A model generated the notes under the pieces. The model saw only the letters and a program-made list of their open reading frames with translations. It did not search any database and had not been told where the DNA came from. Source: Gordius albopunctatus (taxonomy: Eukaryota). From it: 64,000 nt of DNA. Positions 1-12,200 of this stretch are shown here, in pieces. Made by a program: the position numbers and the translations under genes. The stretch covers positions 5,828,001 to 5,892,000 of the forward strand of contig OZ193909.1 in the NCBI GenBank assembly GCA_964276515.1. The letters are read 5' to 3'. The stretch's first letter is position 1. Every line of letters begins with the position of its first letter.

Positions 1-3000
1 GAGTTCCCCCTTCCTTCCCCTCCTCCCCTTCCCCCTTCCCACGAGGGCCGAAGGCCCGAGTTTGATTCATTCGTTTCGAAACCGTCACGTCTTTCACAAC
101 TTTCTCAATTGTTTTCGGGGTTCAAGCAATGTTAATCATTCAAAATTATGCTACCTTTACTAGTTTTCTAGAGACTTTTTAATTTTGAATTTAGCATCTT
201 GGAGGGATCCGGACGTAGCGGAAGTAATAGAATACCTTACTAGCCCCGACACCACAATTAAAGCTAACGCAGCCGCTTACTTGCAGCATTTGTGCTACCA
301 CGACGATCGGATGAAATCTATAGCCGGGTAAAAAGGGCTTTACTGTTATTCCATCGGATTCGGTCAATAATTCTGGCGTTCAGATTGCACTATTTATAGT
401 TTGATTATGACCATTATGGTAACCGCTGAAGATGATCCAACGAAATACTACGAAAATTGTCTTATCTGAAGTCCGAGTGAATGTAGTTATTGCTAACAGT
501 TTGCCTGAATTGTTTAGGCAGGACTTGGTTTTGGACGAAATTTGTATCGAATGAACCAACCCTTAGCTAGGTCAAGCCAAAATGCAACAACTAATTAAAA
601 CCTTTAGTCGAAGCATGCTTGCATCTTTTAAATTTCAAGAACTGAGGTATAAACCTCAATTTGGTTTATTTATTAGGAAAGTTTGGAAAATGTTGCGCCT
701 TTGCTATTAATTGCGTCGCGTTACTAGAAATTTGTGGAGTTTTTAATGTGCTAATAATAATTTGCATCTTACGGATAGAAAATTGGGAGCGGTTCCTACC
801 TTGATCGAAATGCTCAGCAGTAACATTCCCGAGGTTCAGAGGAACGCTTGTGGTGCTCTGCGCAACATGGCCTACGGTCGTGCCAACGAACAAAACAAGG
901 TATAAATTGGCCCGCTATTTCTATCTTCTACAAATTTTTATCGGCGCAGTAGAAAAACGTATTTTGTAAAAAGGACTGGATTTTGTTTGGGGTAGACCTC
1001 CTCCTTTGGTTCAATAAGACTAAGGATCGAGCCTGTTCTCTTTTTTGGATTCAGACTAAAACCACGTCTACCAAATAAAACCCATCCGCTTTTACACTTC
1101 ATTTAACGCAAGGATTTGACACTATGATCAATGAGTTGTAGGTAGAAAAAACAGTGAATTAATGGTGGCGCTTGAAATGAAAGAAATTTGTTGAAATAAT
1201 TGGCAGGGCAGTAGCCATATCTGAACCAGGAATCTTTTTAAATTTCTAACTTAATTTTGTTATATCTATAAAAATTTTCAGGCTAAATTCATAATATAAT
1301 AATAGATGGCAATTTTTGTTTGAATATTGGCTTCGCGCCGCCCACTGGTTCCGAATTTTTTTACCTTTCATTCATACGCCAGATCAATTTTTTTAATTTT
1401 AAATTCAGAAACTTATACTGGATTACAACGGAATACCTGCTTTGATATCTATTTTTAAACGTACCCCCGATGAAAATTTGAGAGAAGTCATTAGCGGACT
1501 GCTCTGGAATATGTCTTCTTACGAGGTAAATAAAATACCCTAACTGATTAAATGATCAAATAGTTTTTAGATGCTTTAATGATGTGTTTCAATACTTATT
1601 TTCGACTCATCAAATGAATATGTCTGTTTGTTTTTAGGCTAAATGAAACCAATGAAAAAAATGTGGTTAAAATATTCTGAAATTACGCAAATTACCATAG
1701 TTTTATAAAAATAACTTAGGAATCTATCTAACTTGACGATTGAAATTTCATACTACTAATTAAAAGACTAATTTAAGGACAATAACCATAATTTTATCCA
1801 TAAATAATTTGAGTCTGTTTTATTTCAAAGTCCTCTTTAAATGTTTAATACATAAAAAGTATGCCCAAATTCGTTCACTTATCGATATTGAACCTCACGG
1901 CTTGTTTGCGATATTTTGTGGATTGCGGAGCCTTTATAATTTGCATATCTCGATTGATTGTTCAAAGTTTTTCTCGTTCTTAATATTGACTACTATATCC
2001 TCTTTTTCCTTGTTAAACATATTTGCCCCGCCACCCCACAGTAACTAACTTAACCCTATGGATGTTTATGTGGCAAGTTAATAATTTATTTTTTTATTTG
2101 TAGGATATCAAAAGGCCCCTGCTAGAAACGTGCCTCAAAACCTTTAACGAGTCCGTGATCGTGCCTCAGAGGGAAGTGTTTGAAGCGGATAAAGGCGATC
2201 TACGTCCCGTCCCTTGGTCAACCATCTTTCGAAACGTCATGGGGATCATTAGGTGACATCGATGCCGTCAATTTATATTTCAAGATTTCATTGGGTTTTC
2301 TAAATAACCCAACGTAGCAGAATTTGAATTAATGATTTAGAAAGTGTCTATAAAGAATTTTTAGATTTTTATTTTTAAAAAAAAGATATAAATAAAATTA
2401 AGAGTTAGACTAGCATTTAGTGGCCTTTGAATGTTATCTCGGAATAGCTTAGCTCAGAGAGGGGAAAATATGTTTAACAATAACGTATTTTTGTGAAACA
2501 CTTTTCTACAAATTAAAAAATTACGATTATATTTGTTAAGTTTAAGTCGTCGAAGCACTTGACATCTGACCTCACATAATTTTGTATTTGCATCTGTTTA
2601 CTAAATGCAAAAAAATATGGCATAAGCGACGTAACATGGTTGCCTAAAAAATTGTAATCTAAAAAGAGCTCTCTATACCAAATAATATTTTTAAATAAAT
2701 TGCCGTTATATTTTTGCCTTTAAGGTTCATAAGGCGATGAACCACGGGCAAGGTTTTTTCCTTTATGGCTCGATTTTTTAATTTAAATGTGTAAGTTGCC
2801 ATTCAAAGCCATTTAATAAGCCCTGGTAGAAGTATTATAATTACTGACGGCTTGACTGTGCTCATCCTATATAAAGTAAAGGTGCATAACTTAAAGGTCC
2901 CCATATTTAATTTTCTTATTACCCTCAGATTGAGATGTCCTTTATTTTTCTCAAAAATGTCTTTACCATCTTATTTTATTGCATTTATCATAAACGAAGT

Positions 3001-5910
3001 TTTTTTGCGTTTTTTATATATATTTTAAAAGATTTCATTAAAACTGTCAAATAGAAATTGTAGTTCGGATGGAGTTTACGCGCGTAAGCTGTTGCGCGAG
3101 ACGCCTTCGTTCGTGCTTTCCCTCTTAGCCGTGGCGGAATCGGCTCTAGCCCGATCAGATTGCGACAACAAATCCATCGAAAATTGCTTGTGTACCCTGA
3201 GAAATCTTTCTTACCGCCTCCAAGAAACGGTTGAACCTGAATACGAATCCGAGGAAGGTGATTGCTCACACATTTTACCTCTTTGCCAAAGTTTTATATT
3301 GGAATTCAGCGTGATTTTGTTGATTCAGTTCGTACTTTTAACCCATCGACGCTCAGTTTATTACAGTGCCAATAGGATTAATACACTATCGTTAATTAAG
3401 CACTCTCGGCTCCAGAACTTTCAGGAAATAACTAACATTCGTAATAACCATTACATTAGGTAATAGAGGCAACATGTGTCAAATGTAGTACTCCTTTCAC
3501 AAATTGTAAATACAGATTATAATTGCGAGATAAAAATAGCTATTTAACTTAGGACTTATTTGGTCTATATCTATCCCAAAATTTGAGCTTTAGTTTGAAT
3601 ATAACCTCGGTTAATTAATTATCATTTAAAATAAAAGGATTTGATGCGACGTATATTACAATTAAGCTGTAAGAACCAAGCGCGGATTTGATTAATTTTT
3701 TAAATTTAGCTTTACCTACTCTAGCGCTGCGACAGGGAAGATTGGACCAGCACCCTAACAAAGAGTATAGCCCCAAAACGGGTATTAAAGGGGATAATGT
3801 ACCGGGCCCGGCTCGACCTGGTAACGAGACTCCAGCTTCTTCCACTAGCGGAGCTTCCACTTCTGATTACTCGACCTCTTCTTCTAACCTTAAAACACCC
3901 GCCGACGATATAGGTTAGCTCTTTATAAATGCAGGAAGACTTCGCCTTTGTTTGTTTCTATTCATCAAACTATTTCGTTTGAATTAAAAACCTTTTACTT
4001 TTTTGCCACTTTTAAAAGCTTACAAATTTTTCGTCAGAAGAGTTATAAGCAAAATTTAGGTATTTTTATAGGAACTTAGCATTTTTGGTCGAATAATTTC
4101 ATTTATTCCTTTCATGTAAAGCATGTGTTCAGTATGCGTAAGTTCAAAATGGGTATTTTCACCGGTTTAGATTTAGGACTATTTTCTTTCAATCTTTACA
4201 ACACAAATTTTGTTTTTTTCCTACACTATTTAGCAAAAATAAAATTTCATGTAGTTTTTCTTTGTGCCACACTTAGGAGGGGGACGCTCTCACCAACAAC
4301 ACATCGGTTGTTTCGGAACAGCTACGCCCGGCAACGCTTTAAACAACAGAAACGCCCACACTCTTCAACGTGGTTCCGGCTCCAATTCGAAGGATAGTTC
4401 TGCCAGTAACGGCGCAGGCAGCAATTATAAAAACGGCCACAGAAAAACAGTCACCAACGACAACGCAAAACTGTCCACCGAAGCGCTACTTAAATCTCAT
4501 CCAACCTACGGTCCGCTATGGGATCCCGTGATCGTGGTTAAACTTTATCTCGGCATTTTACGCGAATCTGCTAACCCGCTCACTTTGGAAGCGGCAGCCG
4601 GAGCACTGCAAAATTTAGCCGCCTGCTACTGGCAGGTAACAAATTGTTCTACTATAATATAATAGCAATCGTCGCGGTTGTCAAACTAGGATATTGTATT
4701 CTTAGTCATGAAAAGATGAGTCTCTATTTATCAATTTTTTTGGGGAGTTATAGACCTTAAATTGGGCTTTGAATGTCGTTGATCCGGATTAATCGGTATT
4801 TCTTTCAACCAAATTTTTACACCGGTCACTATGCTCTGCCTGCATGGATATCTTAGGGTCATCCTTATATATTTAGAATCACTTGAATTTTAATTCTTAT
4901 CTTTTTTCAGCCATCCATCGATATCCGTACGGCAGTTAGGAAGGAGAAAGGCTTGCCTATCTTAGTTGAACTTATAAAGCTCGACAACGATAAAGTGGTG
5001 TGCGCCGTGGTGACTGCTCTGCGAAACTTATCCATCGACGTCCGCAATAAGGAATTAATCGGTAAGTTTGTTTATACCAAGTTCTCTTTAAATTATTCAA
5101 CTTGTCATTTGATTTTAGCCTTAGCTCTTTTAGCGCCCTCAAAAACAACACTTTATTAATTATTTTTATTAACGCGTTTCTTATCGTCGTTCTCATTCGT
5201 GTTTTAGCCTCAATTTCGAGCGAGAATCTGGTTACGCATAAAATTGCTTATTATACAAAAATAGAAAAATTTTAGTCCGTTTGGTTTGAAATCATTATAC
5301 ATAAATCCCATTTGAATTAAATAAATTATGAAGACAGAGTTTTTTAACTGCTGGTTTTTGGTTAAAATGTGCAGGCAAATACGCGATGAGAGAACTCGTA
5401 TCTAAATTACCTAATCCACCGGCCCCTGGCTCAAAGGGCGGACCTCGTGCCTCTAATGTTTCCGATGAAACCATATGTGCCGTGTTGGCTGTACTTCATC
5501 AAGTCATATACGAAAATCCTGAATTCGCTCAGTAAAATAACTCATGATATCATTCTGCTATATCTACGATTCATTTCTATTAAGTAAAGAAAATTTAATA
5601 TGAAATTTTTAAGGCGAATCTCTTAAACTTTGGCATAATCGTCAGAATTTCTTAGAATGGTTTTTACATAACATAAGCTATTAAAAAATTTATTTGTGAT
5701 AATGTTTTAGGTGAAAATTTTGTGATTGTCAGCCATTTATAACGCTAGGATAAATAAACCTAGAAATTTTATTCGCTCCCTTAGATCTTTGATGGAATCT
5801 CGAGGGGTAGAAAAACTGGTGCATATCTCACAACAATGTCAAATCCTCCATCCTTCCACTAACGCGCCCATAAATAAATCATCCAGATACGCTTCCCAGG
5901 TAACCTCTTT
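1..5910. repeat. Segmental duplicate of 10193-16102 (offset 10192 bp)
   Basis: Every ORF in 666-5910 recurs with the same translation at +10192; spot-checked introns match; the copy ends at the N gap. Confidence 0.95.
195..5899 (+). CDS. Partial duplicate of the delta/p120-catenin gene (10 ARM-region exons), ending at an assembly gap
   Basis: GT-AG exons 195-327, 779-899, 1409-1525, 2104-2252, 3055-3257, 3710-3913, 4277-4635, 4911-5061, 5375-5531, 5785-5899 splice in frame: [91 protein letters not shown]. Same as the copy 10192 bp downstream. Confidence 0.75.
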
Positions 5911-6110
5911 NNNNNNNNNNNNNNNNNNNNNNNNNNNNNNNNNNNNNNNNNNNNNNNNNNNNNNNNNNNNNNNNNNNNNNNNNNNNNNNNNNNNNNNNNN
6001 NNNNNNNNNNNNNNNNNNNNNNNNNNNNNNNNNNNNNNNNNNNNNNNNNNNNNNNNNNNNNNNNNNNNNNNNNNNNNNNNNNNNNNNNNNNNNNNNNNNN
6101 NNNNNNNNNN
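5911..6110. other. Assembly gap (200 N)
   Basis: Run of 200 N. Confidence 1.
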
Positions 6111-6263
6111 TAATCTAATATATAATTCGTAACTTGCTAAATTTAAATTAATTATATTAATATGTACATTTAGTTCTAAGCCTAGATTTTGGACTTGTAA
6201 ATAGCTTAGCTCAATTTATTCATATCTCATATTTTCTGCATTTCTTTGCCTTTGGGGCTAAAG

Positions 6264-9200
6264 GTGACGACGACATGGGGAGAAGTTACGTATACACGGA
6301 CGATTCAAATCGATCCTCTGCCATACTGCTGAAGGAGGGTAAAAATGGGTATAGGGATCCTGGGACAACGGACGACGAAATTCCCCATCACAAGTAATTT
6401 AGACTTCACTAACGCATTCATTTGTAATGAAATTAGCGAGGACTCGCCCTATGACCTGGCTTAAAATTAGGTAATAGGAAGTGGCACATTTCTCTTTATA
6501 CCAGTTGCTTGGGTAGCCTTATGAAATTGTTTAGTCAAAAAAATTAAAAAAGGCGTATTGTAAATATCTTAATCCATTTATGAAACGATTTTAATTAGCG
6601 GCTATAACCTTAATTTATTTACAACATCTGAGAAATTAAAGGTAGCGCGCCTAAGCTTGAAAATAAGGCATGAGAGACGTAATTAAGTTTTAACATCAAC
6701 TTATTTTTTATGGGGGTAGTCAGGGTAAGCAGGAGTCCTTAAAATTTATTATTATGACTTAAATTTCGAAAAATTATCATCCCTCTAGTTTCAAACTTGG
6801 CTACGGTGATGGTAGTTACTCTAACAATTTTCACATTTTCAGCTCGTGCGATTACCAAGATAGCCCGCGGCTATTCCCTAACCTTCCCCGTTCCTCCCTC
6901 AACAACGGCCACAACCACACGTTTAGGCCGAAGCAGAGATACGAAGGTGGGAATGGGGACGATTTTGAGGAAGAAGAAGAGGGCGGTATCATGGTTAGCG
7001 AGATGCCCGATCGACAAATTTGTAATAGATACTATCCTCCCTCCTCCTCCTCTTCACACCACACCAACTCGAACCCTAGCCCCAAAGGTAAGATCCATTA
7101 CACTTTTTGCCATTCCTTACCAGCTTAAAAGTTTTTGCGGTGTCTAGCTCTCGAAATTGACAAGCATATTAGGATCGGTACCAGGGGGCACGGAGGGACA
7201 GCTGCCCCCTCTGTCCAAATATTTGTTTAAATTTATTAAAATTAGGGCTAAAATTTCAAAAAATGAATGCCCCCCTCTGATTCCATACGCCCATGATCGG
7301 TACTAACGTATAAATGCATTAAGGTTTATATCTCCTAAAGATGTTAAAATTGCAGCCTGCCTATTATGCTTTTAACATAGTATTTTGGAAATTTGTACAA
7401 GATTCTTTCTATAATTTAGCATCAGGGTGAATAAACATATCAACGATCGAAATTATTAAAAGTTTGATAACGAGGGTGCTGTCATTCTAACAAACATTTC
7501 TTAGGTCAAAATCTTGATTTTTAACGCTCGGGATAATATTAATGCTATTATTATTAATTGCTATGCAATTTATGGGCTCGTTTTTGGTTGTCCGTCCGTC
7601 CGTCCACCAAGTTATTTACACCAGCTTCCCGACCTGGAGGTTGCGGGTTCGAGACCCGGAGAGGACAAATTTTTTTTTTTTTTTAATTAAATTAATATTT
7701 TGTTCTTGTTAATACCATTGATAATATGACTTTTTGACCGTCCGCAGGCTACTGACCAATGAAAAAATGACCACTGGCCAGATAAATCGAAATTTTTAAT
7801 TTTTCGTTTTTGAATAGTTTAACATTGATAATTACCCTATGCCCTCCCCTACAAGGGCCTATGGCTCTATTTATATGGTTCCCTGTTCCCCTCCAAAGGC
7901 TTATGCCTCTATTTAATGTGGGTTCGAATCCCGGAGAGGGCAAAATTTTTATTTTTTTAATTAATTTAATATTTTGTTCTTGTTAATACCCTTGATAATA
8001 TGACTTTTTGACCGTCCGCTGGCTACTGACCAATGAAAAAATGAACATTGGCAAAATAAATCCTAATTTTTCGTTTTTCCTTTTTGAATAGGTTAACATT
8101 GATAATTGAAAAAAATTACCATTGGCCAAATAAATCGAAATTTTTTGTTCGTTTTTGAATAGGTTAACATTGATAATTACCCTATACTTTTTAATAATTG
8201 CTATGCAATTTATCTAGTTTTTGGGTTAGAATCCCGGAGTTTTTTTTGACTCTTATGATTGTTCTTGTTACTATCATTGATAATAAGACTTTTTGGCCGT
8301 CCGCTGGCTGCTGACCAATGGAATAAAATAACCATTGGCCAAAATGTGATTCGAAAACTTTTTTTCCGTTTTTTTTTGACTATTATGAATTTATATCCAC
8401 TTTTACCGTGTCCTGGCTGCTGACCAATGGAAAAAATGACCTTTGGCCAAAATGTGATTCGAAAATTTTTTTTTCGTTTTTTTTCTCTTATGAATTTATA
8501 TCCACTTTTACCGTGTGCTGGCTGCTGACCAATGGAAAAAATGACCTTTGGCCAAAATGTGATTCGAAAATTTTTTCCCGTTTTTTTTACTCTTATGAAT
8601 TTATATCCACTTTTACCGTGTGCTGGCTGCTGACCAATGGAAAAAATGACCTTTGGCCAAAATGTGATTCGAAAATTTTTTTTCCGTTTTTTTTACTCTT
8701 ATGAATTTATATCCACTTTTACCGTGTGCTGGCTGCTGACCAATGGAAAAAATGACCTTTGGCCAAAATGTGATTCGAAAATTTTTTTTCCGTTTTTTTT
8801 ACTCTTATGAATTTATATCCACTTTTACCGTGTGCTGGCTGCTGACCAATGGAAAAAATGACCTTTGGCCAAAATGTGATTCGAAAATTTTTTTTCCGTT
8901 TTTTTTGACTATTATGATTGTTCCTGTTTCTACCATTGCTATTATGACTTTTTGGCCGTCCGCTGGCTGCTGACCAATGGAATAAAATAACCATTGGCCA
9001 AAATGTGATTCGAAAACTTTTTTTTCGTTTTTTTTGAGTATTATGAATTTATATCCACTTTTACCGTGTCCTGGCTGCTGACCAATGGAAAAAATGACCT
9101 TTGGCCAAAATGTGATTCGAAAATTTTTTTTTAGTTTTTTTTACTCTTATGAATTTATATCCACTTTTACCGTGTGCTGGCTGCTGACCAATGGGAAAAA

Positions 9201-12200
9201 ATGACCATTGGCCAAAGTGAGCATCAAAATTTTTTTTCCATTTTTTTGGCTATCATTGACTTATAGAGTATCTGTTGGTACTGACCAATGCAGAAGAAAT
9301 GACCATTTGCCAAATTTTTGATTTTTTTAATTAAAAATTTTCAAATTCAACAAAAAATTTCTCCCAACAATTCTGCAAATTCTTAACATTGCGGTGTTTT
9401 ATAATATAATGTTTGTTAGACCCATAATCACTAGAGGCCATAAAAACTAATGTAATATTTTTATTTATTCTCAAATGTGATATTTTGTTCATGATTGTTT
9501 TTTGCGTGTGCTAGTGTTTAGGTTTTCAACATTAATATTCTTTCATATACATTTTTACACATTGAATTATTTATTTTAAAGATTACTATATTTTGTTTTT
9601 TTGTGTTCTTGCATAAAATTAGGTTTTGTCTTTCATTTATCTACATTATTAATTGTTTATTAAAATAGGGGTCGGGGCTAGTCGGAGAGGGGCTATTGCT
9701 AGCCATTTTTCATTGCGTTTTACAAATGGCATGATAAAAAGAAAAAATAATCATATTACATTTGCATTTTCTACATTTTTTATAAATAAACAATCTTTTT
9801 ATTGATATGAGTTAGCCTACACTAAAAAAAGTGAAAACTTCAGAGTTAATTTATGGGCTATGACTAACCCCGGGCACTTTTAAAAAATTTAGGATTTCCA
9901 TTTTTTTTGAATTTATTTTGTGAAAAAGTTATTACTTATTTCCCTCCAAATTTTCTTCCTATATTAAAAATAGTCTTTAAAAATAGACAAGTAAAAATTT
10001 GTCTACCTAAATATAAATTAATACAACTGTTTCCCGTAGAATTTAACTAACCATAAAGCTTCCCCTTCGCTCCCCCCTTTATGATATTTGGCATATACAC
10101 TTATTTAGTGCTTCACCTTCGTTTTGCAATATTCACGTAAGTATTTCCATAAATTGCATAGCAAATATGATACATTTATACGGAGTGTAGATGAGTTCCC
10201 CCTTCCTTCCCCTCCTCCCCTTCCCCCTTCCCACGAGGGCCGAAGGCCCGAGTTTGATTCATTCGTTTCGAAACCGTCACGTCTTTCACAACTTTCTCAA
10301 TTGTTTTCGGGGTTCAAGCAATGTTAATCATTCAAAATTATGCTACCTTTACTAGTTTTCTAGAGACTTTTTAATTTTGAATTTAGCATCTTGGAGGGAT
10401 CCGGACGTAGCGGAAGTAATAGAATACCTTACTAGCCCCGACACCACAATTAAAGCTAACGCAGCCGCTTACTTGCAGCATTTGTGCTACCACGACGATC
10501 GGATGAAATCTATAGCCGGGTAAAAAGGGCTTTACTGTTATTCCATCGGATTCGGTCAATAATTCTGGCGTTCAGATTGCACTATTTATAGTTTGATTAT
10601 GACCATTATGGTAACCGCTGAAGATGATCCAACGAAATACTACGAAAATTGTCTTATCTGAAGTCCGAGTGAATGTAGTTATTGCTAACAGTTTGCCTGA
10701 ATTGTTTAGGCAGGACTTGGTTTTGGACGAAATTTGTATCGAATGAACCAACCCTTAGCTAGGTCAAGCCAAAATGCAACAACTAATTAAAACCTTTAGT
10801 CGAAGCATGCTTGCATCTTTTAAATTTCAAGAACTGAGGTATAAACCTCAATTTGGTTTATTTATTAGGAAAGTTTGGAAAATGTTGCGCCTTTGCTATT
10901 AATTGCGTCGCGTTACTAGAAATTTGTGGAGTTTTTAATGTGCTAATAATAATTTGCATCTTACGGATAGAAAATTGGGAGCGGTTCCTACCTTGATCGA
11001 AATGCTCAGCAGTAACATTCCCGAGGTTCAGAGGAACGCTTGTGGTGCTCTGCGCAACATGGCCTACGGTCGTGCCAACGAACAAAACAAGGTATAAATT
11101 GGCCCGCTATTTCTATCTTCTACAAATTTTTATCGGCGCAGTAGAAAAACGTATTTTGTAAAAAGGACTGGATTTTGTTTGGGGTAGACCTCCTCCTTTG
11201 GTTCAATAAGACTAAGGATCGAGCCTGTTCTCTTTTTTGGATTCAGACTAAAACCACGTCTACCAAATAAAACCCATCCGCTTTTACACTTCATTTAACG
11301 CAAGGATTTGACACTATGATCAATGAGTTGTAGGTAGAAAAAACAGTGAATTAATGGTGGCGCTTGAAATGAAAGAAATTTGTTGAAATAATTGGCAGGG
11401 CAGTAGCCATATCTGAACCAGGAATCTTTTTAAATTTCTAACTTAATTTTGTTATATCTATAAAAATTTTCAGGCTAAATTCATAATATAATAATAGATG
11501 GCAATTTTTGTTTGAATATTGGCTTCGCGCCGCCCACTGGTTCCGAATTTTTTTACCTTTCATTCATACGCCAGATCAATTTTTTTAATTTTAAATTCAG
11601 AAACTTATACTGGATTACAACGGAATACCTGCTTTGATATCTATTTTTAAACGTACCCCCGATGAAAATTTGAGAGAAGTCATTAGCGGACTGCTCTGGA
11701 ATATGTCTTCTTACGAGGTAAATAAAATACCCTAACTGATTAAATGATCAAATAGTTTTTAGATGCTTTAATGATGTGTTTCAATACTTATTTTCGACTC
11801 ATCAAATGAATATGTCTGTTTGTTTTTAGGCTAAATGAAACCAATGAAAAAAATGTGGTTAAAATATTCTGAAATTACGCAAATTACCATAGTTTTATAA
11901 AAATAACTTAGGAATCTATCTAACTTGACGATTGAAATTTCATACTACTAATTAAAAGACTAATTTAAGGACAATAACCATAATTTTATCCATAAATAAT
12001 TTGAGTCTGTTTTATTTCAAAGTCCTCTTTAAATGTTTAATACATAAAAAGTATGCCCAAATTCGTTCACTTATCGATATTGAACCTCACGGCTTGTTTG
12101 CGATATTTTGTGGATTGCGGAGCCTTTATAATTTGCATATCTCGATTGATTGTTCAAAGTTTTTCTCGTTCTTAATATTGACTACTATATCCTCTTTTTC

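Noticed and set aside
195..5899. A true second catenin paralogue
   Set aside because: No divergence seen even in introns and it abuts a gap; an assembly artefact is more parsimonious.
7622..7667. Functional tRNA gene
   Set aside because: Only a 3' half/T-arm is visible, with no D-arm or acceptor pairing, and it is embedded in a dispersed repeat.
8408..8994. ORFs 8408-8704, 8719-8994, 8743-8973
   Set aside because: Translations of the tandem repeat; no coding signature.
8255..9312. CRISPR-like array
   Set aside because: Whole units repeat with no unique spacers, there are no cas genes, and the context is a eukaryotic intron.
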